From: Lama guanicoe
Lineage: Eukaryota
DNA: 64,000 nt
Reading direction: 5' to 3'
Assembly: GCA_013239625.1 (NCBI GenBank)
Contig: MU057344.1
Span: 994,276-1,058,275 of the forward strand
Each line of letters opens with the position of its first letter. Position 1 is the stretch's first letter. A program made the position numbers and the translations under genes. Positions 25,750 to 39,400 of this stretch are shown one piece after another. The notes beneath the pieces were generated by a model that was given only the letters and a program-made list of their open reading frames with translations, ran no database searches and was not told the DNA's origin.

Positions 25750-26420
25750 CCTCACTTGGCGGGGCGCCTCCCAGGGACCCGCCTGAAGCCTGGGGCCCAG
25801 CCCTCCTTTCGTGCCCCGCTTTCCTGCAACACCAGCCCCGCACAGCCGCCCTGGCTGGCCCGGGCTGTGGACTCGGCAAGTCTCTGCCCCCGACCCCGCC
25901 CCACCCCGGCCGCACCCAGAGCGGGAGCCCTAACTGTGAGGTCGGGCCCCGCAGACGGCTGAGGAGAGCGTGCGGGCCGTACACCAGAGCAGAGTGTGTG
26001 CGGGTCCCGGGCGGGGGCCCGGCCCCAGACACCGGCGCCCTAGGCGGGTCGGGCGCAGCTGCACTTCCCACGCCGAGGGCGAGGGACCCGGCGGACCCCG
26101 CGGCCCATGCTGGGCGGGATGCCTTCTACCATTACCGCAACGCCCCTGCACCGGGAGGGTTGGATCTGTGACGGACTGCAGTGACTGGACTCCGATCCGC
26201 GCCAAGTGCCACCACGGCCTCCGGGAATAATCCCAAAAACCCGTGGGAAGCCAGACCTGTGTTCTGGTGAGTGGGCTTTGCTCGCCCGGGCCTGGGGGAG
26301 CCGGGCTCTGCCGGTGCCGGAGCCCATCGCCCCCGTGAGAATCGGGGGCCGGCGCACGTGGCGATGCCGTGCGCTCCAGTCAGAGTGGAATCAGCCGGAA
26401 ATGAGGTGAACGCGCGACTG
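25750..26420. promoter_or_regulatory. Intragenic CpG island in MORN1 intron 10
   Basis: CpG density clearly above the flanks; several GC boxes (ccccgccc, gggcgggg). Confidence 0.6.
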
Positions 26421-26969
26421 TCAGGCCCACAAGGTCCCTACAGACAGCCGGGGGCCCAGAGTCCGTCCAGGCCGACCACAGGCCTCCCGGGCAGCGGCCT
26501 TGGTGGGGTTGCCATCCTCCAGGGCTAGCCCTGAGCAGAAACAGCCCTCAGATCATCGGCCAGGTGAACAAACAGGAGGACTTCGCTCTGGTCACGGCGA
26601 CAAGGGGAGGTGAGCGTGGAGAGCGCAGGACAGCGCCGCGGCAGCCTCAGGGCCGCTGACCCCAACCCCACGAGGGCCCTGGGTCTGCGTGGTGAGCACG
26701 GGCAGCAGCCGGGATGCCAGGCCAGCAGCCCCCAGCCTGCCGTTTAACCCCCTGCCACGGCGACAGCCCTTCGGAGGCAGTCCCACTTGTTGTCCGGCCG
26801 AGGTCTGCTGGGGCCTGGGCACCGCTTTCCCAGGATGGCCTGTGTCTCCCAGGTCCACTCATCTCAGGGCTCAACTTTGTTTCCTCCTGTCCGGCTTTGG
26901 GGCCACCGCTGTCACCCTGAACACTCAAGCTCATGCTGCCCACCCAGACCCTTGGTTGACAGCACTCAC

Positions 26970-27094
26970 CGGCCCGGCGCATGGGGTCTGCCTCAGCGGG
27001 CGGCGAGTCGGCATCGGCACTTCCTAGGGCAGCTCTGGGCTCCAGGCCCCCGGACTGGGGGCTGGACAGAGGGAAGGAGAGACACTGGAACCCG
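26970..27094 (-). CDS. MORN1: MORN1 exon 10 (FGFQCLSFPLSSPQSGGLEPRAALGSADADSPPAEADPMRRA)
   Basis: 125 nt; ccctccgcag| acceptor, |gtgagt donor; phase 2 to phase 1 as required; 5' part resembles recalled human FGFECIPYPVSSP. Confidence 0.88.
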
Positions 27095-27480
27095 CTGCGG
27101 AGGGAAGGACAGGGCTGGGCTCTGCCTGACGCCAAGCTAGGGGTGACACCTGGCTGCAGGGAACAAGGGGGCCCTGGGGCAGGTCCAGGGAGGAGGAAGG
27201 GCCAAGGTGGCCACACTGAGACCAGGGAAGTGAGAAGGAAGGGGCAGTCCTCCCTGAAGCCCTGTCCTCCCTGCCTCCCTGTCCCCCTGCCCAGACCCCC
27301 TCCCTGCCCCCCGCACCCCTGCCTGGCCCCCACTGTCTGAAGGTGCCTCCCCTTCCCCCCACCAGACAGTGTGCGTGTCCCCAGTGCTCACAGCGTCCTG
27401 GAGGGTGTGGGAGGGGCTCAGAGTCGAGGAGGAACCCCTCCCTGCCCTGCAAGGGGGTCACCCAGGGTCCCCCATACTCA

Positions 27481-27669
<189 letters not shown>

Positions 27670-28233
27670 TCATCCCGTCCCGCTGGGCCACAGAGCCCCA
27701 GGAGGAGCCGGGTGCTGGCCCCGCCGCGACCGCAATGCCCTGAGCGCTCTGCTTATGTCCGGGTCCCTCTGCTCCTCCCGGCCCCGGCCCTGGGCTGAGC
27801 CTTCTACACTCCCCGGGACACCTCCACCCCTTGATGGGAGTTCTGACTCAGTCCAGTTCTGGGAGGTCTCTCCAGGACGGACTGTCCTCGCTGGCTGGCC
27901 TCAGGGCCTCCCTACTCAGGCTGCGGGGGGCTGCAGTGAGCACCCGCAGCGAGGCTAGCTCTGTGGTGCTGGTCACCCACCTCCCACCGTGACCCGGGGG
28001 AGGGCCCAACCTCTGGCCCACATCCGCAAGGCACCGAGCACAGGCCTGGCCGTCTGGACTCAGGGGTTCAGAGCCAACACCGAGCATGGACCAGTGCCAG
28101 TAAGGGCCCTGCCTGTCCAGCCCGGGCTGCTGAGATCTGCTGAGACGCGCAGGGCAAACCCGGGAGTATGTGGACTTGGAGAGAAGAGGAACCGGGTGGG
28201 GCATAAAGACCACCAGTGGGCTGACTGGCCTCG

Positions 28234-31200
28234 CTTTCTGGTCAAGACAGAGTAACTGGGACCCACTGACCCTCCTACCTGAAGTAACCAAAGGAGCAGA
28301 CGAGATATAAGATGATGTTTTCAAGACCCTGGACATCAGACCAGGACAGTGGTCCCTGGAAGTCGGGCAACACACAACGTGGACTCCACAGCCACCCAGG
28401 TCACTGCCCTGAGAGACTGCGCAGGACTGGTGTGGGTGGGCAGCTGCGCAGGCCCAGAAAGCTTCTGGGTGAATGAAGAGACAGGCTCACACGGGAGAGG
28501 AGCAGACGGGAGGGGGGCCCAGCCGTTTGTGGGAACGCCGGGGGTACAGCAGAGCACAGATCAGCGCAGGGCAGATCAGGCCGGGGGGTTGTGGAAATCC
28601 ACCTGAGAGGATGGGAGTGGGGCAGGGCCTGAGGCCCCACAGGAGGGGGTCGGCGCCGGTTCTTGGAGAGGCTGCAAGACTCAGAAGAGCTCTCAGTACT
28701 GGGCAGTGACTGTTCTTAGGCTGAGCCCTACTCCAGCACAAAGAAACCCTGAAGCCAAGACCTGAGAGGATTACACTGTCTCCAGGTGACTGAACTGCAC
28801 CCAGAACAAAGCTCCAAAACGTTGATAGGAGCAGAGACGCCTCTGGCCCCCAACAAGTTGACATTCACAATGTCCAGCATCCAATACAAGACCACCAGGC
28901 TCGCAGAGAACGCAGGGAAGTGCAGCCGTAACAAGGGGGAGCCGCCGTCAACTCAAACTGACCCAGATGTTAGAATTCGCAGAAAAGGATATTTTTCAAA
29001 TTTAAAAAAAATTATTTATTTATTCTTTTAATTTTTTCAGAGGGAGAGAAGTTATTGGGTCTATTTATTTATTATTATTATTTTTTTAAATAGAGGTGCT
29101 GGGGATTGAAGCCAGGACCTGGTGCAAGCTAAGCATGTGCTCCACCACTGAGCTGTACCCTCCTCCCCTCTAAGTTATTATCGTAGTTGTATTCCATGTG
29201 TTCAAAAGTTAAGTAGAGACATAGAAGATACAAAAAAGAACGTTGACTCTACAGATGAAAACTATGAAATGAAAAACATGGATGTGATCAATGGCAGATT
29301 AGATATTGCAAAAAAAAAAAAAGATTCATGAGCTTGAAAATGTAGCTACAGAAAATATCCAGAATGACACCCTGTGAGAAAAAAGGGGGGAAAAAAAAGG
29401 GAGGGCGGGAAGGAGAATCCATGAACCTGGGGATTCTCCAGTGGGGCAACCTGGAGCTGTCTGACACGTGGATAATCGGGGTCTCGGGGCGGCGGGCAAA
29501 GGCTGTGACAGAAAATTATCAGAAGAAATAGGGCTGAAATATGCCAAGTTTGATGAAAACTATAAACCCAGAGACCCAAGAAGCTCAATGGACCCAAGTG
29601 CAAGAAACATGGAGACAGCTACCCCTCGTCGCACCGCAGTCAAATTGCTCAAACCAGCGATAAAAAGAAACCTGAAGAGAAGCCAGAGACAAAGGACGTC
29701 TGCACCGAGACCTGAGGCGCGGGTGGGGCAGGTTTCCCACAGAAAACAGCGCAGACCAGGCGGTGCCAGGAAGCCCGGGAAGAGGAGCCAGGACCCCGTG
29801 TGTGGTCGCAGCATCCATCAGACAGCAGCGCAAAGTCAAGACGTAGGAAAGCTGAAAGGATTCATCGCCAGCAAGCACGTGTGACAGTCACGCCCCTCAG
29901 GCAGAAGGGAAATGGGAGCAGCTGGAAGTTTGCGCCTGCGGGAAGGAGCGGGCCCGAGGTGGCAGCTGTGATGGGGAAACACAGGTGAGACTTCCCTTCC
30001 TGTTTTCTCACTCTTTAGAAGATACGTGACTGTACAAACAAAAACAATAACGATGCGTTGCAAGCTTTTGAGTTACGTGACTGTAAAATGCACTGAAACA
30101 ATCGCATGAGGATTGGGGTTGGAGCGGAGCGTACACTGTGAAGCCCGTACGTGTCAAGCCGGATGGTGTCACGGGAGAGCGGGCTGTGCCAGGTGACCGA
30201 CGCACGGTGTAAACCTCGAAGGAGCCCCTAAGAGGACACAGCAAAGAGCTACCATTGATAAACCAGCAGAGGAGAGAAAATGGAATCTAAAAAATACTCA
30301 GCGAATCCAAAAAAGATAGGAGTGGAGCATAAAGGGGGAAAAAGCAGCTGGGAAAATAGAGAAGAAACCGGAAAGTGGCAGGTTCAAACCTGCTGTATCA
30401 ATAATTATGTTAAATGTGAACAGCGCAGACACTTGAGTTAAAAGAGAGATGTTTACATGGGATAAAAAAGCAAGACCCAACCACATGCAGCCCACAAAAA
30501 CCCACTTACACTATAAAGACACAAATAGGTTAAAGGTAAAAGGATGGATAAAAATGCTGATACTCGTCAAAGGAAAGCTAGTCATGATCTTACCATCACC
30601 GAAAGCAGCTGTCGGAGCAGAGGCTGTTTCCAGAGATAAAGAACGTCACTTCACAGTGATGAGGAGTCAATTAATTAAATGACATGAAAATCCTAAATGT
30701 GTACGCCCCTAGTAATTGAGCTTCAAAACACACAAAGCTAAAAGTGGCAGCAATAAAAGCAGAAATAGACAAAAAGACAAGAGTAATCATAGATTTCGAT
30801 GCACCACAGTCGATAACTCATGCAACAAGCGGCTAGAAGACCAGCAAGGATGCAGCAAACCTGCCAGCCACGGCAACACAATCCATCAGGTCTGACACTG
30901 GTGGGCTGTTCTGCCCGACAAAAGCGGACTTCATGCTCTTCCCAAAATGCACACAGAACGTTACCAAAATAGACTGCATTCGGAGCCATAAAACAAGTCT
31001 CAATAAATTTAAAGGAATTCAAAGTATGGCTCTAATAACCACATAGAATTAAATTGGAATCAGTGAGGAAGGAAGATCTCTGGAAAACCCCCAGACACCG
31101 GCAATGCAACGACACCCTGTGAAATAACGTGCGAGTCCAGAGGAGATCAGAAGGCAGATCAGAAAGCACTTGGGGCTGAACGAAGATGAGCGCACAGCAC

Positions 31201-34200
31201 GTCGAGGTCTGCGGGCACAGCCAGAGGGGCGCCGACGGGGACGCTGCGAGCAACGAGCTTCGGTGCTAGAAAAGGAAGGTCTCAGATAGCCATAGACGCT
31301 TTCCCCCTGAAGAAACTACAAAGAGGAGAGCAAATGAAACCCAAACTAAGCAGAAGCAAGGAAATAATAAGATTAAAACAGGAATTAGTGAAATAGAAAA
31401 GAGACAACAATACAGAAGCCAATTAAACCAAAACTTTGGTTGTTTATCAGTAAAACGGATAACCTCTCAAGTCAGACTCGTCAGCAAAAAAGAAAGCAGA
31501 CAGCGATCATCTGCACGAGAAACAAGAGAGGTGGCAGCAGGTCATCGAAGGGGGAGCCCGGAAACACGGCGAACAGGCGACGCCAAGGAAGCCGACAGCC
31601 TGGTACGCGCCAGCGCAGCGCCCTCGGGAAGAGACGGCTGAGCGGGGCGGTCCCGCGCCCACCAGGGAAGTGGAACCGCACTCAAACACCTTCCCACGAA
31701 GAAGACTCCAGGCCCAGATGGGCTTCATACCGAACCCTACCAGACGTTTAAGAAGGAAAGATACCAATTCAACACAAACGCTTTCAGAAAATTGAAGGGG
31801 AGGGAGTTTCTCAGCTTAGCTGAGGGCAGCGTCACCCCAGCCCCAAACCCAGACAGAGACGTCGTAAGAAGAAAGGAGAGCGATACCCTGATGAAGAGAC
31901 AGGCAAAACGCTGAACAAAATTTTAGCAGATGGGATGTCCAGGTAATTCATGGAGGAAAACAGTCTTTTAGCAGATGACACCGGGACTGCTGGGTGTCCA
32001 CGTGTGAAAGAAGCCAGCCGGACCCCCGTCTCACCCCACGTACAAAGATCAACGCCAAATAGACCCCAGACTTAAATGTAAGAGCTAAACACGCAAACGC
32101 TGAGGAGGAAGCGTGGGGCTAAACCTCCATGCCTGTGGGCGAGAGAGTCTTCCTAGATGCGGTTCCAGAAGGCACTAGCGACGGAAGGAGACGGCAGATC
32201 AACCGGACGCCATCAAAAGTTAAACTTCTGTGTTCAAAAGACACCATTAAGAAAGTGCAAGACAGCCCACAAGATGGGAAAAGAATATTTGCCAGCCAGA
32301 TATCTGATAAAAGACTTGCATCCAGAGTATGTAAAGAGCTCTCAACGACCCACAGTAAAAAGACAAGTTGCCCCGATGTTTTGATGCGCAGAGGATCCGA
32401 ATAGATGTTTCTCCAAAGAAGATACACAGACGGCCAATCAGTGCACGAAAACGTGCTCCATGTCTTTACTCATCAGGCAAACGCAAGCAGGACCACAGTG
32501 AGACACCGCCTCACACCCACAGGACGCCTGCGACGACGGGCGGGGTGGCAAGTGGTGAGGACGTGGAGCTGGGACCCGCAGTCTTGCTGGGGGAATGTAA
32601 ACCAGTGCAGAACAAGTGGAAAGAAAACACACCCAGGCTGCAAAGGAAGAACTAAAATTGCATTTCCTCGTAGACATGATCTGTATCTAGAAAATCTTAG
32701 GTCCTCAGAAAAACTGCAGGACAGCGTGTCTCACCAGGTCTGGGGATATACGACCAATACATAAAAATCAACTGTGGTCTGGCGGCTTCTGAAACGAAGG
32801 TAATAATTCCATACACAATAGCACAAAGTACAGAATGAATTAATTTCTGAATAAACAAACCATAATTAAACAACCAGTAACAAGTTATTCATCATTTATT
32901 AGCACATCTCACAAAAGAAGTGCGAGACTTGCACACTGAAAAGCACAAACCCCGATGAAAGCAAAGGCGGACCGAGATGGGGGGTGTTTCGCCTTCTTGA
33001 GTTGGAAGACTCAGGACCGTTAGCGGCAGGTCTCCTGGCTAGAGTCGGTGCACCTCCGACAAAATCCCAGCCGGCTTGCTTGATTTAGTGGCAGAAATTG
33101 ACAAGCCGACCCTAAAATATTTACATGGAAATACAAGGGTCCCAGAATGGCCAAAACAATTCTGCAAAAGAACCAAAACTGGAGAAATCGCCAATTCCAG
33201 GCTACAATGATCAAGACGGTGTGGCCATGGTGTCAGAGAGACACGTAGATCAATGGAACAGAACTGAGAGTCCAGCCGGAAACCCTCACCCTCGTGGTCA
33301 AGTGCCTCTCCACCACGGTGCCCAGGCAATCAGTGGGGCAAACGTAGGAATGGGACACATGGCACTGGGACAACTGGAATCCACACAGAAAAAGATGAAT
33401 TTAGACCTCTGTCTTATCCTCAAAAATTAACTCAAAACAATCACAGACCTAGACGAAGAGCAAAAGCTGTAGAAGAAAAGAGGAGAAAGTCTCTGTGAAC
33501 TTGGGCTGAGAATCCTTAGATACGTCACCAAGATGACGGCCTGTGAAAGAAAAAATGGACAAGCTGGACTTTATCAAAATTGTACAAGTTTGCACTTCAA
33601 AAGACAACATTAAGGAGATGAAAAGATAAGCCACAGACTGAAAGAAAGTATTTGCAAAGGTGTATCTGATGAAGGACTTGTATCCAGAATACATAAGAGC
33701 TTGTGCAACTAAAAACTAAGACAAACAACCCCATTTAAAAAACGGCTGGAATGCATGAATAGACATTTCTCAGCAGAAGACATACAAGTGGCCAACAAGC
33801 ACTCGGAAAGCTGCTCAACGCCAGCAGTTTCAGGGAAATGCGAGTCAAACCCAGACGGAGAGGTCACTGGATGGCCTCAGGGTGCCGAGTCCTTGATGAG
33901 GACGAGGAGAAATCCTCGTCCCATGTGGCTAATGGGGTGGTAAAACGGTGCAGCCACTTTGGAAGACAGTTCACCTGTTTCTTGAAAAATTTAAACACAC
34001 AACTACTATATGATCCAGCAATTCCACTCGTAAGTATAAACCCAAGAGAAACCAAAATGCATGTACACAAACACCTGCCCGCAGACCTTCACAGCAGCAC
34101 TGTTCACAGTGGCCAAGAAGTGCCAAGGACCCGAATGTCATCCACAGACGCGGGTGGACAGGGGTGCCGGGCGGAGAGGAGGAGAGGCGGCTGGTCCAGA

Positions 34201-34475
34201 AAGGGGACAGGGGCACTGACACGGGAGCGAGGGGCCGAGCGTGACCCCACAGGGGGAGACTCCATCCACACGCAGAGCAGCACACTCGTGGTGCCCGGCG
34301 TGGGGCAGGCGCATGGCTGGAGGCAGGAACCAGGGCTCTTTTGGCGGGGAGGAAGTGCCCTGACACCAGACTGGCGTGGCGACGGTCACCTGGTTCCCCA
34401 AACTCACTGACCATCATTGGATCGCTTCATACAGATGGGTTCCAGGGCATATAAACGACACTGCAATGAAGCTGG
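28234..34475 (+). mobile_element. Ancient, near-full-length L1 (L1M-class), decayed, antisense to MORN1 in intron 8
   Basis: A-rich plus strand. Recognisable 5' end (ctttctggtcaagacagagtaac), ORF1 remnants (EEI..K..KFDEN, TPR..VKLLK at about 29500-29680), endonuclease remnants (IIMLNVN, LKVKGW, KTSLNKFK at 30400-31020), RT and C-terminal remnants and a 3' UTR; many stops and frameshifts. Subfamily not determined. Confidence 0.88.
28994..29168 (-). mobile_element. tRNA-derived SINE, Vic-1-like, inserted into the L1
   Basis: Reverse strand reads ggagggtacagctcagtggtggagcacatgcttagcttgcaccaggtcctggcttcaatccccagcacctc plus an A-rich tail; L1 sequence resumes on both sides. Confidence 0.85.
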
Positions 34476-34972
34476 TAAACTAGAGCAATTGTGACTGAAC
34501 ACGTTTGATACATGCTTCCTTCGGGGCTCCCGAGTCTGAGCTGCTCCATGTTTGGAACCAAGGACGAGCGCTCAGCCACGGGCGCCCCGCCTGCCCCCGC
34601 CCAGGTGCTCTGTTCTCCACTCTCCGGTGTTAAGTGCTGTCGGTCCTCTGCTTGGCTGCAGGGCTGATCAGGAGCAGCCCCGACACGTGGGAATCTGTCC
34701 CTCCTCGATTCCCCCCGGAAGACAGCGAGAAGCCCCCCCCTTGCCCGGTTACGTCCAGGCACCGCCTCCTTCTGGACTCTTTTTTTTTTTGCGTGACCTG
34801 CACACACACACACGCATGTGCCCACACAGCCCACACGCTCCTGTCAGCCCAGGGCTTGCACGCCTGCTGCCCTTCAGCTGAGACTCTGGCGACAAGGACG
34901 CCCCACAGGGTTACTTCGGCGCAGCCGGGCTGCGAGGCCACCTGTGCATCTTGTTTGCACTTTCACTGCTTA

Positions 34973-35305
<333 letters not shown>

Positions 35306-36084
35306 CTACGATTATTTAAAGCGTTGATGGGTCATGGTGGGAAGATGAGCCAGCTCGTCCTCCCGCCCGCTGCTCAGACTCAGGCCCTGCCTACCGTGTC
35401 CGAGTCCCTGACCTGATGTGTCCTGGGTGAGGAGCTGTGGCTGTTCACCCAGGAGCCAGCCTGGGGTATGTGGGGGGCCCCCCGGGTCAGGGCCACCCCT
35501 GCTCCACGAGGAACTGTGGGGGCATCCTCGGCATAGCTCCACCTCTCCCCAGGGAGGAGGCCTGCCTGGCCCAGCAGGTGGAGGTGGTTGCTACTGTGGA
35601 CCTGCTGCCTCTCCCAGCAAAGGGGTCCCGAGGCACGGGGGTGGTGCTCAGACCCGGGCCCCCAGGAGCCTGGTCCGTCAGCCCTGATCCAGCAGCTACA
35701 CCTGTGGACCTGGCACCAAGGCTCTGACCAGCAACCCATGTCCGCGGCCAGACTGACCCCTGGGGCAGCACCCTCCTCCTGGAGTCTAAGAGAAGGCCCC
35801 CTCGTGCCCAGGGGGCAACAGAGGGAGGGGAGGTTGCCCCCCAGCAGAGGACCCCCCAGGCCAGAGGCCGCCTTTGGTCATGCCAAGGCGCAGAGCGCTC
35901 AGGACAGGGACTGGATGGAGGCTGTGGGGGAGGCCAGACGCCCAGAGCCCGGGAGAGCGAGACCCGAGGCTGGGAGGCCGGCATGAGGCAGGACCCCTCG
36001 GGTCCGAGGTCTGACTCGGGCCTCTGCATGTTGCGAGCCCTGTGACACCCTATCAGAGCACGCCGTTTCCCAAAGAGGATTTTA

Positions 36085-36438
<354 letters not shown>

Positions 36439-39400
36439 CTAAGGGCCCTGGGGACCAAAGGCTGCTGGGAAACCACGCTTTCCCGAGGGCGACCCCATGT
36501 GCTTTGCAAAATGCCCTCCCCTTGGAATTTTGAGAAGTCAGGAAGTTTGGGGACAATGGCATGAATACAAAATGCAAACAAAATACTGCTCCAAAGGGCA
36601 CACTTTTCAGCATAAAACCCTTTCGGTACAGAGATTCTGCATTTGTGCAGAGCATCGCAGGGAGGCCCAAATCGGCGGGGGGCAGCTTGCGGGGCTGAGG
36701 GGCCCTCAGTGCTCCGACATCACCCTTGATAATGAAAAGGCCAATTAAAAACACAGTCTGAACCCACATAGCTGTGCCCCCGGGGGAGATGCCGGCTCGC
36801 TGCACACCCCAACTCTGCCACCCCATAATAAGCAGGCTTTGTAAACAGTGCACACACACAGAAGGCAAGAACGAGGTGAAAGCAGGAAGATTGTTTCTGT
36901 GGAGAATTTCGAGATCTTAATGGCATGTTACCCGACTGTGAATTACTGCTATTAGGAGAAGAGTTAGCCAAAGGCGCGTTCAAGTTCTATTCATGCTTCT
37001 GCAGAAGCTCGCTGGGCCCCCTCCCCGCCTGCCCTCCGCGTGGGCCCCGTGGGCGGGCCGCTGGGGCCGGGCTGCATCTGTGCCCTGTGGAGGGGGCACT
37101 GCCTGCCGGACGCGGGGAAGAGAGGGCACCCGACTCAGTGTGGCGCAGGCGGGGGTCTGGGGCGGCCCGGGCGGCCGAGGCGCCTGGCAGATGGGCCCAT
37201 GGGAACAGCCCCTGAAGGCTGCAGACGTAAGGAGCTGGGCTGTCCCCAAACCTGCGGAAGGGAGCCTTCCACGGCTGTCACTGTGACCATGCTAGTAGCG
37301 GCCGGGGGAGAGGCCTGGCCACAGCCCACCCTCCAGCCTGGCCACCAGAGAGCTGTGCCATCGTGGCGGGGTGCCTGGCAGCGGCAGCAAGACAACACAT
37401 GAGGCTTCAGGAGGGGCCGGGCAGGGGGTTGTCAGGTGGGCAGAGGCAGGGCTGGCCCTCCAGCCCCCAGCCCCGGAGGGCATGGAGAGAGCACGTGCCC
37501 CCAGAGGCCACACACTGCTGTGTCCCGGGACGCCCGGTGCCCTCCGCAGCTGACGTGGCGGATGGTTGATCATCACCCCTAGTCGTGGCTTCCGCCTGCA
37601 GGCGGTGGGCCAGGCCGAAGTGTGGGGAGGCCCAGGTGTCAGGGCAGCCGCCCAGCGGGTGCTACCGTCCCAGGCCAGGCAGTGGGGGGCCCGGTCACGG
37701 GCCGACCATCGCCAGGGCTAGTGTGGCGTCCGAGCAGCGTCTGAGGTCACAGGGCCAGCTCCCAGGACGGGTTGCCCTGCATACACGTGCTTGCACGGGG
37801 TGGGGTGGGGGTGTGCATGCGTGCTGTGCGCCCATGTGCAGCAGTGCTCACTGACCACGATGGGTGGGGTGACGGGGGGAGGGGCCGCAGCACGGGGTTC
37901 CTGGGCCCAGCTGGGCTGCTGTCCCCGAGCCGAGGTGGGGACAGCCCTGGGAGGGCAGGGGGCCGCCCCCGAGCTGTGCTTTACCGTGGGTGCCTGGCCT
38001 TTTCCCGGCTCCAGCACCCCGTCCCGTTACTCTGCCTGTTTGCTGGGCCGTGGGGCATGCTTGCAGGTGGGCAGTCGCTGGGATGCTGCGCTCAGCAGGA
38101 GGACAGCCCCTCGTGACACCGTCCCCAGACCTGGGATGTCACCAACGTCAAGCAGATCACAGCCGACCAAATGCAAACCTGTTACGAGCCATACCCAACT
38201 CACTGGCCCCACCCCACCCGCCCCCCAACCAGCCCTGTGGCTTAGATGTCCGTCCGCACTGGGAGCTGGGGATACAGGGACCACCGGGGCCAGTCCCCGG
38301 GCCTGGGCATCAGCAGAGGGTGTAGTGCGACGTGGTCAGGCCCCAAAGGAAGCTGGGGCAGAGGGCCGGTGGCCCCAAAGAAGGGTGGCCTCCTCCAGAG
38401 ACCAACACCTTCGTGTGGGGCCGCCGCGCCCAGCCTCCTGGGCAAATGTGCCACCTGCCCTCATGACTGCCCCCAGCAGCAGAGCTGAGCCACCCCATCC
38501 TGCGAGGTGGATGTCAGGTCCCAGACCTGAGCCACGGGCTGAGGACGCAAGTAGGAGACTCAAGGTAGGGATTCAAGATGCTGGAAAGCGGGCTGGAGCT
38601 CCATGCAGGCCAGCCCCACCGCGCCCACGCCGGCACCCATGCTGCACACACAACCCTCCTCGGCCTCCCTGTCCGAGCTCTGCATCATGTGACTCCCAGC
38701 GTTCTCACCAAACAGGGGCAAAGCTCTATGGTGCTTGGCCGGCACCTCCCAGCGGCCTCTCCCTTCCCCTCCCAGGTGGCGATCACATCCAGCAGGTCTG
38801 GTCCAGGGACGTGAGCCTCCTGGAGGCTCGCAAACACTCACTGGCTCCATCAAGACAACGTGGGGCTTGGATCAGCACAGCGGACTCTCCAAGCAGCGCA
38901 GTGCCCACCAGACCCACTGACCGTGTCGGGGTTGAGTCTCTGCTCGCCCTGCCCGTCCCCTTGGCCTTCCGCGAAGCTAGAGCGCAGCCTTTAGGAGAGA
39001 AGGAGGGCGGAGCGGTGGGGTCCGCGGGTCTTGGAAGAGGAAATCGGCAGCAAGTAACTACGCCCATCAGACCCCAGGCTGTGAGCAGGGTCAGGGCTCC
39101 CTGCGCCGCATCGTCCTGCGCTCATAGTCCACGGCACTACCGGGGTTCTTTCTGACCCGCGACTGGAATCTGAGCCCGCCCCACACAGCTCAGGCTCCAC
39201 ACAGGCCTTCCAGGGACAGATACGACACGGGAGCCAGCGAGCAGCGTAGCAAATCCAGCAGTGTGGAATCCTAATTAATGTCATAAATCACGCCTTTGAA
39301 AGGTCTGCCCTTTCCCCATTAGCTGACACGCACCCAAGCATGAGCAAACACGTGTTAACGTGTCTCCCCGAGGAGGCCAGCCCCCCGGGGCAGCGGGGGC

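Noticed and set aside
37791-39155. 454-aa plus-strand ORF (also 12721-13851, 14063-15199, 2278-3450 and similar long ORFs)
   Set aside because: Pro/Ala/Gly/Arg-rich, no domain, often non-ATG starts, intronic to MORN1; expected by chance in very GC-rich DNA with few stop codons.
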